Positions 50,094 to 60,290 of a stretch of DNA of 64,000 nucleotides are shown in pieces. A model generated the notes under the pieces. That model had not been told where the DNA came from. It saw only the letters and a list, made by a program, of their open reading frames with translations, and made no database searches. This DNA comes from Thermoanaerobaculia bacterium (GTDB lineage Bacteria; Acidobacteriota; Thermoanaerobaculia; Gp7-AA8), in the NCBI GenBank assembly GCA_035536275.1, contig DATLOL010000196.1:1196-65195 (forward strand). The letters run 5' to 3'. A program made the position numbers and the translations under genes. Position 1 is the stretch's first letter. Every line of letters starts with the position of its first letter.

Positions 50094-50196
50094 GTGAATA
50101 ACAATATGACGATATAGCATACGAAAGACAAGCGGGAGCGTAAACCCGGGCGCTCGCGCACCTGTGCTACGTTACGCCTCCTTTCTGGAGGCGTGC

Positions 50197-51285
50197 ATGT
50201 CTGAGTTGCTCAAAACCCCCCTCAACGAAGTCGAGAAAGAACTGGGCGGCAGGATGGTCGACTTCGGCGGATGGGAGTTGCCGGTGCAGTTCAGCGGCAT
50301 CCTCGAGGAGCACGAGGCGGTGCGCTCGAAGGTCGGCCTGTTCGATGTCTCGCACATGGGCGAGATCACGGTCCAGGGGCCGCAGGCGCTCGACCTGTTG
50401 CAGCGCACCACCTGCAACGACGTCTCGAAGCTGGCCGAGGGACGCATCCATTACAACGGCCTGCTCTATCCGACCGGCGGATTCGTCGACGACATCCTCA
50501 TCTACCAGAACAACCCGAACGACTTCTTCGTGGTGGTCAACGCGTCGAACACCGACAAGGACTTCGAGTGGATGCAGCAGTCGGCGGCCGGCCTCGACGT
50601 CGAGGTGAAGAACGTCTCGAAGGAGTGGGCGCAGCTCGCGATCCAGGGTCCCGAGGCCGAGCGCGTGCTGCAGCCGCTGGTGCCGGCGGTGAATCTCGCG
50701 GACATCAAGTACTACCGCTTCGCGCGCGGCGTCGTCGACGGCGCGCCGGCGATCGTGTCCCGCACCGGCTACACCGGCGAGGACGGGTTCGAGATCTACG
50801 TCTCGCCGGAGGAAGCGCCGCGCATCATGCGCAAGCTCGTCGACCTCGGCGTGAAGCCGTGCGGTCTCGGCGCGCGCGACACGCTACGCCTCGAGGCGAA
50901 GATGGCCCTCTACGGCAACGACATCGATCACACCACCACGCCCATCGAGGCCGATCTCGGTTGGATCGTGAAGCTCGAGAAAGGCGACTTCGCCGGCCGC
51001 GATGTGATCGCCCGGGAGAAGGAAGAAGGCCCGCGGCGAAAGCTCGTGGGGTTCGAGATGGTCGACCGGGGCATCGCCCGCCACGGATACCCGATCGTGG
51101 AAGGCGGCGAAGAGATCGGCGTGGTCACGTCGGGCACGCACTCGCCGACGTTGAAAAAAGCGATCGGACTCGCATATCTTCCGCTCGACAAATCGGCCCA
51201 GGGCAGCGAATTCAGTGTGCTCATTCGCGGCAAGGAAGCGCGGGCCCGCGTCATCCCTACTCCTTTCTACAGGCGAGCGAAATAG
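50197..51285 (+). CDS. gcvT: Glycine cleavage aminomethyltransferase T
   Basis: [41 protein letters not shown]. Confidence 0.96.
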   Translation: MSELLKTPLNEVEKELGGRMVDFGGWELPVQFSGILEEHEAVRSKVGLFDVSHMGEITVQGPQALDLLQRTTCNDVSKLAEGRIHYNGLLYPTGGFVDDILIYQNNPNDFFVVVNASNTDKDFEWMQQSAAGLDVEVKNVSKEWAQLAIQGPEAERVLQPLVPAVNLADIKYYRFARGVVDGAPAIVSRTGYTGEDGFEIYVSPEEAPRIMRKLVDLGVKPCGLGARDTLRLEAKMALYGNDIDHTTTPIEADLGWIVKLEKGDFAGRDVIAREKEEGPRRKLVGFEMVDRGIARHGYPIVEGGEEIGVVTSGTHSPTLKKAIGLAYLPLDKSAQGSEFSVLIRGKEARARVIPTPFYRRAK

Positions 51286-51297
51286 CTGGAGGCAAGC

Positions 51298-51690
51298 ATG
51301 GCCACTCCTGAAGACAACCGGTACGCGAAGAGCCACGAGTACGTGCATCTCGAGGGCGACGTCGCCACCGTCGGCATCACCGACTACGCGCAGAAAGAGC
51401 TGGGCGACGTCGTGTTCGTGGAACTGCCGCAGGTCGGCTCGCAGCTCGACGCGGGAGACGAGCTCGGAAGCATCGAGTCCGTCAAGGCGGTCTCCGAGCT
51501 GTTCACGCCCGTGTCGGGCGAGGTCATCGAGATCAACGAGGCGCTCGCCGACAATCCCGCTCTGGTCAACACCGACGCGTGGGGCGACGGCTGGATGGTG
51601 CGCATCAAGTGCACCGACGTCACGGAAGTCGACGAGCTGATGACCGCCGAAGAGTACGACGAGTTCATCGAAAAAGAATCGGCACATTGA
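51298..51690 (+). CDS. gcvH: Glycine cleavage H protein
   Basis: [27 protein letters not shown] lipoyl motif. Confidence 0.96.
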   Translation: MATPEDNRYAKSHEYVHLEGDVATVGITDYAQKELGDVVFVELPQVGSQLDAGDELGSIESVKAVSELFTPVSGEVIEINEALADNPALVNTDAWGDGWMVRIKCTDVTEVDELMTAEEYDEFIEKESAH

Positions 51691-51765
51691 AGTGCTGGGT
51701 GCTGAGTGCTGAGCCCCAGCCCTCCGCATCTCATTCAGCACTCAGCACCCAGCACTCAGCACTCA
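51691..51765. repeat. Inverted AGTGCTG heptamer arrays forming a 22-bp perfect stem
   Basis: agtgctgggtgctgagtgctga (51691..51712) pairs with tcagcactcagcacccagcact (51735..51756). Confidence 0.88.
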
Positions 51766-51766
51766 A

Positions 51767-53158
51767 ATGACTCTCCCTGACCCCACAGCTTCTTCCAACT
51801 CCCACCGCTACATCTCCAACGCCGGTGAAGACATCCGCGAGATGCTCGACACCATCGGCGTCGAGAGCGTCGATCGCCTCTTCGACACGATTCCGGACGC
51901 CGTCAAGCTCAAAGGTCTCCTCGACATCCCCGGCCCCTGGTCGGAGATCGAGTCCCGCCGCTGGTTCCGCGGCCTTGCCGCCCGCAACAAGAGCGCCGCA
52001 GACCACGTCTCCTTCCTCGGCGGCGGCGCCTACGGGCACTACCAGCCCGCGGTGATCGATCAGCTTCTGCTGCGCGCCGAGTGGCTCACCGCGTACACGC
52101 CGTATCAGCCCGAGGTGTCGCAAGGGACGCTGCAGTCGATCTTCGAGTATCAGACACACCAGTGCCTGCTGACCGGACTCGACGTCGCCAACGCGTCGCT
52201 GTACGACGGCAGCACCGCGCTTTGCGAGGCCGTGCTGCTCGCCGAGCGCCTGCAGAAGGGGAAGAAGAAGGTCGTCTTCGCGAAGTCGATCCACCCGCAC
52301 TACATCGAGACCGTTCGTACCTACATGCAGAACCTCGGTATCGAGATCGTGGAAGTGGCCTGGAACGCGGACGGACGCGTGAATCTCGACGAGCTTCGCG
52401 CCGCGAGCAGCGACGCCTTCGCCGTCGCGGTGCAGTCGCCGAACTTCCTCGGCGTGATCGAGGATTACGACGCCATCGCCGGCGCGACCGAGGGGCTCAC
52501 GCGCATTTCCGTGATTGCCGAGGCCACTTCGATGGGCGTGCTCGCGCCTCCGGGACAGCACGGCTTCGACGTCTGCGTCGGCGAAGGGCAGGCCTGGGGG
52601 ATCCCGCCGCAGTTCGGCGGCCCATACGTCGGCTTCATGGTCGTGCGCGATGCGCTCAAGCGGCACATGCCGGGACGTCTCGTCGGGGAGACCGTCGACG
52701 TCGACGGCCGCCGCGCCTATGTGCTCACGCTGGCCACGCGCGAGCAGCACATCCGCCGCGGCAAAGCGACGTCGAACATCTGCACGAACGAGGCGCTGAT
52801 CGCGCTCGCCGCGAACATGTACCTCTCGCTCCTCGGCAAGGAAGGCCTGCGCGAAGTGGCCACGCAGTGCCTGCAGAAGGCCGCGTACATGCGCGCGAAG
52901 CTGCGGGAGATCCACTCCGTGGAGCTGCCATTCGATGGCCCGGTCTACAACGAGATGGTCGTGCGCACGCCGTTCCCGGCCGAGGTCATCCTCGCGGACC
53001 TCGAGCACGAGAAGATCCTCGGCGGCATTCCGCTGGGCACGTTCTACGACGGCCACGCGAACGATTTCCTCGTCGCCGTGACGGAGTTGAACACGCGCGA
53101 GCAGATCGATCAGTACGTTGCCGCGTTATCGGCGGCGATTTCCCGGGAGCGCCGATGA
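51767..53158 (+). CDS. gcvPA: Glycine dehydrogenase subunit 1
   Basis: AYTPYQPEVSQG, ANASLYDG, REQHIRRGKATSNICTN. Confidence 0.96.
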   Translation: MTLPDPTASSNSHRYISNAGEDIREMLDTIGVESVDRLFDTIPDAVKLKGLLDIPGPWSEIESRRWFRGLAARNKSAADHVSFLGGGAYGHYQPAVIDQLLLRAEWLTAYTPYQPEVSQGTLQSIFEYQTHQCLLTGLDVANASLYDGSTALCEAVLLAERLQKGKKKVVFAKSIHPHYIETVRTYMQNLGIEIVEVAWNADGRVNLDELRAASSDAFAVAVQSPNFLGVIEDYDAIAGATEGLTRISVIAEATSMGVLAPPGQHGFDVCVGEGQAWGIPPQFGGPYVGFMVVRDALKRHMPGRLVGETVDVDGRRAYVLTLATREQHIRRGKATSNICTNEALIALAANMYLSLLGKEGLREVATQCLQKAAYMRAKLREIHSVELPFDGPVYNEMVVRTPFPAEVILADLEHEKILGGIPLGTFYDGHANDFLVAVTELNTREQIDQYVAALSAAISRERR

Positions 53159-54657
53159 CCACGACCGTCGATGAACCGACCACCCAGCGCGACGTCGCGC
53201 AGAAGTCCGCGACCGAGCCGCTGATCTTCGAACGCTCGAAGAAGGGACGCCGGGGCTACCAGCTCCCCACGCTCGACGTGCCCGAGCAGGCGCTCGATTC
53301 GATCCTGCCCGCGTCGCTGCGGCGCGAGGAGATCGCGGACGAAGTGGAGGTGTCCGAGGTCGACGTGATCCGCCACTTCACGCGGCTGTCGAAGCTGAAC
53401 GTGTCGATCGACGCGGGTCTGTATCCGCTCGGGTCGTGCACGATGAAGCACAACCCGCGCATCAACGAGGAGATCGCGCGCACGCCGGGGTTCGCGTGGT
53501 CGCATCCGCTGCAGGCCGAACATCAGGTGCAAGGCAATCTGGAACTGCTGTGGCATCTCGAGCAGACGCTGAAGGAGATCTTCGGTCTGCCTCGCGTAAC
53601 GCTGCAACCGGTTGCCGGGGCGCATGGCGAGCTGACCGGCATCCTGATGGTGCACAAGGCCCTCGCGAAGACCGGCAACGCACGCAAGTACATCCTCATC
53701 CCCGACTCCGCGCACGGCACCAATCCGGCGTCGGCGGCGTTCGCCGGCTACCAGATCAAGGAACTGAAGTCGAACGCCCGCGGCACCGTCGACCTGTCGA
53801 CGCTCGAAGCCGCGGTGAACGAAGACGTCGCGGCGCTGATGATCACCGTGCCGAACACGTTGGGTGTGTTCGAGTCCGAGATCAAGGCCATGGCGAACAT
53901 CCTTCACGCGAAGGGTGCCTACCTCTATTGCGATGGCGCGAATCTGAACTCGTTCGTCGGGATCGCACGGCCGGGCGACATGGGCATCGACGTCATCCAC
54001 TCGAACCTGCACAAGACCTTCTCCACGCCGCACGGCGGAGGTGGTCCCGGCGCGGGTCCGGTGGGCGTGAGCGAGAGCCTCGTGCCCTTCCTTCCCACGC
54101 CGACGATCGAGCGCCGCGAGGACGGCACGTTCTACTGTGACTTCTCGCATCCCGACTCGATCGGCCGCATGCGCGCGTTCCACGGCAACTTTAACGTCCT
54201 CGTGCGCGCGTTGACCTACATGCGCTCGATGGGCCCGACCGGTCTGCGACGCATCGCCCAGATCGCGGTGCTGAACGCGAACTACATCCGCGCGCGGCTG
54301 CGCAAGGCCTATCATCTTCCATACGACGCGCCATCGCTGCACGAGGTCGTGTTCAGCGACAAGCTCCAGACGCCGAAGGACGTGCACACCCTCGACATCG
54401 CCAAGCGCCTGATGGACTACGGCTTCCATCCGCCGACGATCTACTTCCCGCTGATCGTCTCCGGTGCGCTGATGATCGAGCCGACGGAGAGCGAGCCGAA
54501 GGAAGAGCTGGACGCGTTCTGCGAGGCCATGCTGGCCATCGCCCGCGAGACCGAGGAGCGCCCCGAGCTGGTGCGAAGCGCGCCCCACACGACGCCGGTG
54601 CGCCGCCTCGACGAGGCTCGCGCGGCGCGGCAGCCGATCCTTCGCTGGAGGAAGTAG
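53155..54657 (+). CDS. gcvPB: Glycine dehydrogenase subunit 2
   Basis: YPLGSCTMKHNP, HGTNPAS, NLHKTFSTPHGGGGPG, MIEPTESE; ATG 53155. Confidence 0.96.
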   Translation: MTTTVDEPTTQRDVAQKSATEPLIFERSKKGRRGYQLPTLDVPEQALDSILPASLRREEIADEVEVSEVDVIRHFTRLSKLNVSIDAGLYPLGSCTMKHNPRINEEIARTPGFAWSHPLQAEHQVQGNLELLWHLEQTLKEIFGLPRVTLQPVAGAHGELTGILMVHKALAKTGNARKYILIPDSAHGTNPASAAFAGYQIKELKSNARGTVDLSTLEAAVNEDVAALMITVPNTLGVFESEIKAMANILHAKGAYLYCDGANLNSFVGIARPGDMGIDVIHSNLHKTFSTPHGGGGPGAGPVGVSESLVPFLPTPTIERREDGTFYCDFSHPDSIGRMRAFHGNFNVLVRALTYMRSMGPTGLRRIAQIAVLNANYIRARLRKAYHLPYDAPSLHEVVFSDKLQTPKDVHTLDIAKRLMDYGFHPPTIYFPLIVSGALMIEPTESEPKEELDAFCEAMLAIARETEERPELVRSAPHTTPVRRLDEARAARQPILRWRK

Positions 54658-54705
54658 GACCCATGGAACCTGTACGACCTATAGGTCTTATAGGTCGTAT
54701 CGGTC
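54657..54705. repeat. 9-bp-period CCTATAGG-type repeat overlapping the start of the next ORF
   Basis: ggacccatggaacctgtacgacctataggtcttataggtcgtatcggt. Confidence 0.7.
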
Positions 54706-56462
54706 TCATTGCGCTCACCGCGGCGATCGCGGCGAGCCGGCTTCCCGCGCTCTCGCTGACCCTCCACGACTGGGACGAAACTCTCTTCGCACTGGCCGTC
54801 CAGGAGTACGACGTCAAGCCGCATCACCCGCATCCGCCGGGGTATCCGCTCTTCGTCTTCCTTGGCAAGATCGCGCGGCTCTTCACCGACAGCGAGTTTC
54901 ACGCGCTGCAGGCCGTGGCGACGATCGCGTCGATGCTGATTTTTCCCGCGGTGTTTTTTCTCGCGCGCGAATTGAAGTTCCGCACGAGCTACGCGATTGC
55001 GGCCGCGGCGACGACGGCGTTCCTTCCGACGCTCTGGTACTACGGCGGAACGGCGCTGAGTGACGTGCCTGCGCTGCTGCTGATCCTCGTTGCCTGCGCG
55101 CTGCTGCTCCGCGGCGCGGATAGCGGACATGCGTACATCGCCGGCGCGCTTTTCACCGCGGCGGCGTGCTCGATCCGCCCGCACCTGTTGATGGTTGCCG
55201 CCGTGCCGGCGATGGTGGGTGCGCTCCGTCTGCGTCGCCTGAAGCCAATCGTGGCGGCTTGGCTGCTCGCGCTGATGGGTGTGTGCACGGCCTATCTGTG
55301 CGCGGCGTATGCATCGTCGGATCCACCGTTCGGCTACGTCAAAGAGCTGGGCAACATCCAGCGGCACATCTCCAACACCGACTCCTTCCGCAACCCGAAG
55401 CGCACGCCGCTCGACGAGTTCGCGCCGCGCGTGTTTCTGTTTCCATTCGGCGGCGGGCGCACGAAGTTCGCGGTGGTGGTACTCGCCGGCATCGGGCTGA
55501 TCGACGCGCTCGCGCGCCGGCGCCGCGGCGTAGCCGTCGTCGTGGCGATGTTTCTGCCGATGGCGATCTTCACTTGGCTGATGCTCGACGTCACGGCGCT
55601 GACGCGCTACGCGGTCGCGTACATCACCATGCACGCGTTTCTCGCCGTCGCCGGCATCGAAGCCATCGCGCAACTGCTGCCTAGGAAGGCGGCGCTGCCG
55701 GTCTTCGTGGTGCTCGTCGCGGCGATGACGTCGCAGCTCATCAAGTGGACCTGGCCGGCGCTGCGGCTCGCGCGCACCGAGCCGTCTCCGGTCGTTGCCG
55801 CGTTCGACTGGATCCGTGCGAACGTGCCGAAGCAGGGGCCCGGCGTGTACGTGCAGCTCCCGCTCGTCTACCACGCGCAGTACTTCATTCCTGACTACAC
55901 CTTCCATCTCATCGGCGACGAGAAGCGTCTCGTCGACGGCGACTATGCGATCGGCAACGTCTTCATGTTCGAGGGCGACAGGACCGAGCACAACGATGTG
56001 CGCTGGTTCAAGCGCAAACGGCTGCAGCTCTGGGAGGTCACCCGTCCGCGCTTCTTCGAGATCGGCATCGTGCCGATGCACAGGATCATCCGCTGGCAAC
56101 GCGGCTGGTACCTCCTCGAGGGCGAGGGGAACGACCGGTGGCGATGGATGGGCCGCGAGTCACTCGCGCATCTGTCGCCGGCACCGTACGGCGCCGGTGA
56201 GCTGCGCATGAAGCTGCACGCCCCCGTCGACGCAACGCCGCGCCTGCCGGTCGTCACGGTCGTCTGGAACGATAAGCTTATCGACCGCCTCAACGTGCCG
56301 CCGAGCGGCGATCTCGACCTCCGATACGTCCTGGCGAGCCGCATGGAGTGGCACAACGAGCTCCGCCTGATCACCGATCAGACCATCCGCCCGAGGGACG
56401 ACGGACGCGAGCTTGGACTGAGTCTGAAGTCGATGACATGGACCGAGCCTTCTTCGCGTTAG
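54663..56462 (+). CDS. Polytopic membrane protein, GT-C/PMT-like glycosyltransferase
   Basis: WDE..F, HPPGYPL, SDVPA motifs, many TM helices, soluble C-terminal domain. Confidence 0.65.
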   Translation: MEPVRPIGLIGRIGLIALTAAIAASRLPALSLTLHDWDETLFALAVQEYDVKPHHPHPPGYPLFVFLGKIARLFTDSEFHALQAVATIASMLIFPAVFFLARELKFRTSYAIAAAATTAFLPTLWYYGGTALSDVPALLLILVACALLLRGADSGHAYIAGALFTAAACSIRPHLLMVAAVPAMVGALRLRRLKPIVAAWLLALMGVCTAYLCAAYASSDPPFGYVKELGNIQRHISNTDSFRNPKRTPLDEFAPRVFLFPFGGGRTKFAVVVLAGIGLIDALARRRRGVAVVVAMFLPMAIFTWLMLDVTALTRYAVAYITMHAFLAVAGIEAIAQLLPRKAALPVFVVLVAAMTSQLIKWTWPALRLARTEPSPVVAAFDWIRANVPKQGPGVYVQLPLVYHAQYFIPDYTFHLIGDEKRLVDGDYAIGNVFMFEGDRTEHNDVRWFKRKRLQLWEVTRPRFFEIGIVPMHRIIRWQRGWYLLEGEGNDRWRWMGRESLAHLSPAPYGAGELRMKLHAPVDATPRLPVVTVVWNDKLIDRLNVPPSGDLDLRYVLASRMEWHNELRLITDQTIRPRDDGRELGLSLKSMTWTEPSSR

Positions 56463-56474
56463 ACTCATTCCAGA

Positions 56475-58334
56475 GTGCTCGACGAAGACGATACCGACCG
56501 GTTCGATCGAACGTTGTCGATGCGGCGCGTGCCGCCGCGGCCGACGAACGCCGAAACTCCGCCCGACAAGCGCGCCACGGATCGCCGCCAGGGCAACACG
56601 CGCATCCTCATCGGCACGATCATCGTCATCGCCGTACTGCACCTCGCGCGTCCGGTCGTTGTGCCGGTCGCGCTGGCGGTGCTGTTCGCATTCCTGCTCA
56701 CGCCGATCGTCATCCGTCTCGAGCGAACGTTCCTCCGCCGCACCGGCGCGATCGTGCTCTCACTTGGCCTCACGTCACTGCTCCTCGGTTTCGGCGGCTG
56801 GTGGATCTATCAGCAGCTCAACTCCGTCGCGCGCGAGCTCTCCAGCGCCGCGACCAGTGAGAACGTCGATCGCAAGCTCGAGTCGATCCGCAGGCGCGCC
56901 GGCCAGTTCAACCTCCTGGAGCGCGCGCTCCAGCGTGTCGCCGAGGTGGGCGAGCAGCAGCAGCGGCCCGATCTGAAGGTGCGGGTCATTCCGGAACGGA
57001 AAACGGTCGGCGAGAGGTACGAGGAAGTCGCGCCCACCGTCGAAGGCGTCGCCGCGTCGTTCCTGGTCATCGTGGTCGTCTTCTTCCTCCTGCGCGACCG
57101 CGAGCAGCTGCGCGACAAACTCCTCCGGGTCGCAGGCCGCGCGCACCTCACCGTGACGACGCAGGCCATCGGCGAGACGTCGCAGCGCATCAGCCGGTAC
57201 CTGTTGACCATCGCCTTGCTCAACATCGGCTTCGGAGTCCTGATCGGTCTCGGTCTGTGGATGCTCCAGGTGCCGCACGCCGCGCTCTGGGGCGTGCTCG
57301 CGGGACTGCTGCGCTTCGTGCCGTACATCGGCGCGGTTCTCAGCGCCGCGGCGCCGACGTTTCTCGCCTTCGCCGTTTTCCCGAACTGGTACTCCTCCCT
57401 CGCCGTCCTCGGGCTGTTCGTCTTCAGCGATCAGTTGATCGGCGGCTTCATCGAACCGATCGTGGTCGGACATCGGGTCGGCGTGTCCCCGATCGCGCTG
57501 CTACTTGCGGCGATCTTCTGGGGCTGGCTGTGGGGACCGGTGGGACTGCTCCTGGCGACGCCGATCACCGTGTGCCTCACCGTCGGCGGCGAGTTCATCC
57601 CCGCGCTGCGGATCTTCTCGATCATGTTCGGCAGCGAGGATCCGCTCGAGGGCTACCTCAGTTTCTACAACCGCCTGCTGCTCCGCGACCGCACCGGCGC
57701 GATCGCCATCGCCGATCGGTACGCGGAGACCGCGACGATGGAGGAGATGTTCACGGACCTCTTCATCCCGACACTCACCTTCGCGCAGGAGGAGCTGGAT
57801 CGCAAGCGCATCACCCAGGCCCACGATCACTTCATCAAGGACGTCGTGCGCGAGCTGATCATCCGCTTCGGCGATCGCAACGCCGGGACGCCCGATCCGC
57901 TGAAGCACATCGTCGCCGTGTCCGTCGCCGGCGAGCGTCTTTCACTGGGCACGCTGATGCTGACCCAACTCCTCCGCAGCGAGGGCTACACCGCGGACTA
58001 CTTCACCGACCTGCCCGAGCAGGAGTTGGTCGCGTTCATCAACGAGGTGAAGCCGGAGGCGGTGTTCGTTTCGTGCACGAATCCGGATCACGTGGGACAG
58101 GGTCACGCGATGCTGCAGTTGCTCGCGGCGAACTTCCCCGAGGGGGCGATCGTGGCGGGCGGCTCGGCATTCTCGCGCGACCGAACGAAGGCGCTCAAGT
58201 CCGGCGCGACCTACGTGCCGTCGACGCTCAAGGAAGCGAAGGACGACTTCATCGCCCAGCGCCGTGGCGCGCGCAAGAAGAGCGGGCGGATGACGTTCAC
58301 GGGAACGCGCTTCCGCGTGCCGCCGCCGGCTTGA
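56475..58334 (+). CDS. AI-2E family transporter fused to a cobalamin-binding-like domain
   Basis: LRFVPYIG, GVSPIALL, WGWLWGPVGLLLATP; C-terminal EEMFTDLFIP...GERLSLG..M...L...GY. Confidence 0.82.
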   Translation: MLDEDDTDRFDRTLSMRRVPPRPTNAETPPDKRATDRRQGNTRILIGTIIVIAVLHLARPVVVPVALAVLFAFLLTPIVIRLERTFLRRTGAIVLSLGLTSLLLGFGGWWIYQQLNSVARELSSAATSENVDRKLESIRRRAGQFNLLERALQRVAEVGEQQQRPDLKVRVIPERKTVGERYEEVAPTVEGVAASFLVIVVVFFLLRDREQLRDKLLRVAGRAHLTVTTQAIGETSQRISRYLLTIALLNIGFGVLIGLGLWMLQVPHAALWGVLAGLLRFVPYIGAVLSAAAPTFLAFAVFPNWYSSLAVLGLFVFSDQLIGGFIEPIVVGHRVGVSPIALLLAAIFWGWLWGPVGLLLATPITVCLTVGGEFIPALRIFSIMFGSEDPLEGYLSFYNRLLLRDRTGAIAIADRYAETATMEEMFTDLFIPTLTFAQEELDRKRITQAHDHFIKDVVRELIIRFGDRNAGTPDPLKHIVAVSVAGERLSLGTLMLTQLLRSEGYTADYFTDLPEQELVAFINEVKPEAVFVSCTNPDHVGQGHAMLQLLAANFPEGAIVAGGSAFSRDRTKALKSGATYVPSTLKEAKDDFIAQRRGARKKSGRMTFTGTRFRVPPPA

Positions 58335-58337
58335 AGA

Positions 58338-58691
58338 TCACCCCGGAGGCCACCGCAACGCCCGCCCGCCCATCACGTGCACGTGGATGTGGAACACCGT
58401 CTGTCCCGCGCCCTCGCCGTTGTTGATCACGACGCGATAGCCGTCGTCGTGCAGGCGCAGCTCACGCGCGATCTGGGTCGCGCGAACGAGCGTCGTGCCG
58501 ATCGTTGCCGCGTCGGCGTCGGTGAGATCGTCCAGCTTGGCGATGTGTTTGCGCGGAATGACCAGGATGTGCGTCGGTGCCTGTGGGTTGATGTCGTGGA
58601 ACGCCACGACGTCCGCGTCCTCGTGCACCTTCTTCGCCGGAATCTCGCCGGCGGCGATGCGGCAGAAGAGGCACTGGTCCTTACTCGCCAT
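58338..58691 (-). CDS. Histidine triad nucleotide-binding protein (HINT)
   Basis: CLFCRI, GQTVFHIHVHVMGGR; ATG 58691. Confidence 0.93.
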   Translation of the reverse strand: MASKDQCLFCRIAAGEIPAKKVHEDADVVAFHDINPQAPTHILVIPRKHIAKLDDLTDADAATIGTTLVRATQIARELRLHDDGYRVVINNGEGAGQTVFHIHVHVMGGRALRWPPG

Positions 58692-59514
58692 GGCCGGATA
58701 ATACGACGACGCGCGGAATCCCGGCGAGGTCGGGCAGGAAGGCCTCGACACGCCATCGCTTCTGCGCCGCAAGTGCGCGAATAGCCTCCTCCTGACCGTA
58801 TCCCACTTCCAGAATGATCGAGCCGCGCGGCGCCAGGCGCGCGTGAGATTCGTCGAGGATGCGCTCGATGATTTCCATCCCGCTCGGCCCGGGGGTCAGG
58901 GCCATGCGCGGCTCGTGGATGCGCACTTCCACGTCGAGTTGCTCGTACTCGGCGAACGGCACGTACGGCGGATTCGACACGATGAGATCGAACGTGCCGC
59001 AGACACCCGACATCAAATCTGAAGCCGCCAGATTGACGCGCGACTCGAGTCGCACCCGATTGCGGTACGCGACCGCGAGCGCGTTCACCGAACGGTCGAC
59101 GCTCAACACCGACAGGTCGGGCCGCTCGCGTTCGATCGTGATGGCGATGCATCCGCTGCCGGTGCCGATGTCGATCACCCGTCCGTCGCGCGGCGCGCGC
59201 TCCAGTGCGGCCTCGACCAGCAGCTCCGTTTCCGGTCGCGGAATGAGCACGCGCGGGTCGACCACGAAGTCGCGCGAGTAGAACTCGGCGTGTCCGCGGA
59301 TGTACTGCAGCGGCACGCCGGCGAAGCGCCGCGCGAGCTGCGCGTCGAGACGCGCCGGATCGACCATCAGCTCCCCGTGCGCGTAAAGATACGAGAGTGA
59401 CTTGCCGAGGAGGTCGGAGAGGAGGAGATCGACGTCGCGCGGGTTGATGCCACGGCGGAGGGCGTCATCGCGCCGGCGTGCGCGCAACTCGTCAAGACGC
59501 TTCGGTGCCGTCAT
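58681..59514 (-). CDS. prmC: Release factor glutamine methyltransferase
   Basis: VLIPRPETE, DIGTGSGCIA, VSNPPY. Confidence 0.93.
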   Translation of the reverse strand: MTAPKRLDELRARRRDDALRRGINPRDVDLLLSDLLGKSLSYLYAHGELMVDPARLDAQLARRFAGVPLQYIRGHAEFYSRDFVVDPRVLIPRPETELLVEAALERAPRDGRVIDIGTGSGCIAITIERERPDLSVLSVDRSVNALAVAYRNRVRLESRVNLAASDLMSGVCGTFDLIVSNPPYVPFAEYEQLDVEVRIHEPRMALTPGPSGMEIIERILDESHARLAPRGSIILEVGYGQEEAIRALAAQKRWRVEAFLPDLAGIPRVVVLSGHGE

Positions 59515-60214
59515 ACGTCAGCGCCAGAAACGCGTCCTCCAGCGCCGCATCCTTTTTGAGCTCCGCGGTCGTGCCGCTGGCGACGATGCGTCCGCGGTTG
59601 ATGATCGCGATCTGATCGCACAGCGCCTCGGCAACCGAAAGCGTGTGTGTTGTCAGGAACACCGTTTTGCCATCGCGCGCGAGGTTGCGGAACAGCTCGC
59701 GCACCTGGCGCTGCGCCAAGGCGTCGAGACCGACCATCGGCTCATCGATCACCAGCACCGACGGATCGTGTACCAGCGCGGACACGAGCACGAGCTTCTG
59801 CTTCATGCCGTGCGAGAGGTTCTCGATGCGCGCGTCGATCCAGTCGCCGAGGTCGAAGTAGCGGAGTAGTGCGACCGCGCGCGGCTCGCACTCCCGCCAG
59901 TCCTTGCGATAGAGGTCCGCGACGAAGTGCAGCAGCTCGCGGCCCGTGAGCTTCTCGTACAGATACGGCCGGTCGGGCACATAGCCCAGGACGGCTTTCG
60001 CGCGCACCGGCTCGGCGACGACGTCGACTCCGTTGACGCGCACGGTCCCGTTCGTCGGAAGGGAGAGGCCGGCGATGATGCGGATCGTGGTCGTTTTGCC
60101 GGCGCCGTTCGGGCCGAGGAAGCCGAAGATCTCGCCGGGGGTGGCCGTCAGCGAGAGATGATCGACGGCGGTGAAATCGCCGTATCTCTTTGTGAGATCG
60201 TGGATTTCGATCAT
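59492..60214 (-). CDS. ABC transporter ATP-binding protein (ABC-2 type)
   Basis: GPNGAGKTT, LSHGMKQK, IDEPMVGLD. Confidence 0.92.
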   Translation of the reverse strand: MIEIHDLTKRYGDFTAVDHLSLTATPGEIFGFLGPNGAGKTTTIRIIAGLSLPTNGTVRVNGVDVVAEPVRAKAVLGYVPDRPYLYEKLTGRELLHFVADLYRKDWRECEPRAVALLRYFDLGDWIDARIENLSHGMKQKLVLVSALVHDPSVLVIDEPMVGLDALAQRQVRELFRNLARDGKTVFLTTHTLSVAEALCDQIAIINRGRIVASGTTAELKKDAALEDAFLALTYDGTEAS

Positions 60215-60258
60215 CGTTGCCTGACGGTATCATGCCCTCCGGGCACGCCGCAGGCGTC

Positions 60259-60283
60259 GCAACCTTCGCGGGGAGCACCCGTA
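60259..60283 (+). promoter_or_regulatory. Putative ECF-sigma autoregulatory promoter
   Basis: GCAAC-N16-CGTA, 7 bp upstream of the sigma ATG. Confidence 0.5.
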
Positions 60284-60290
60284 CAAACGA

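Noticed and set aside
50094-50196. Glycine riboswitch upstream of gcvT
   Set aside because: The leader is short and I could not find the conserved aptamer motifs.
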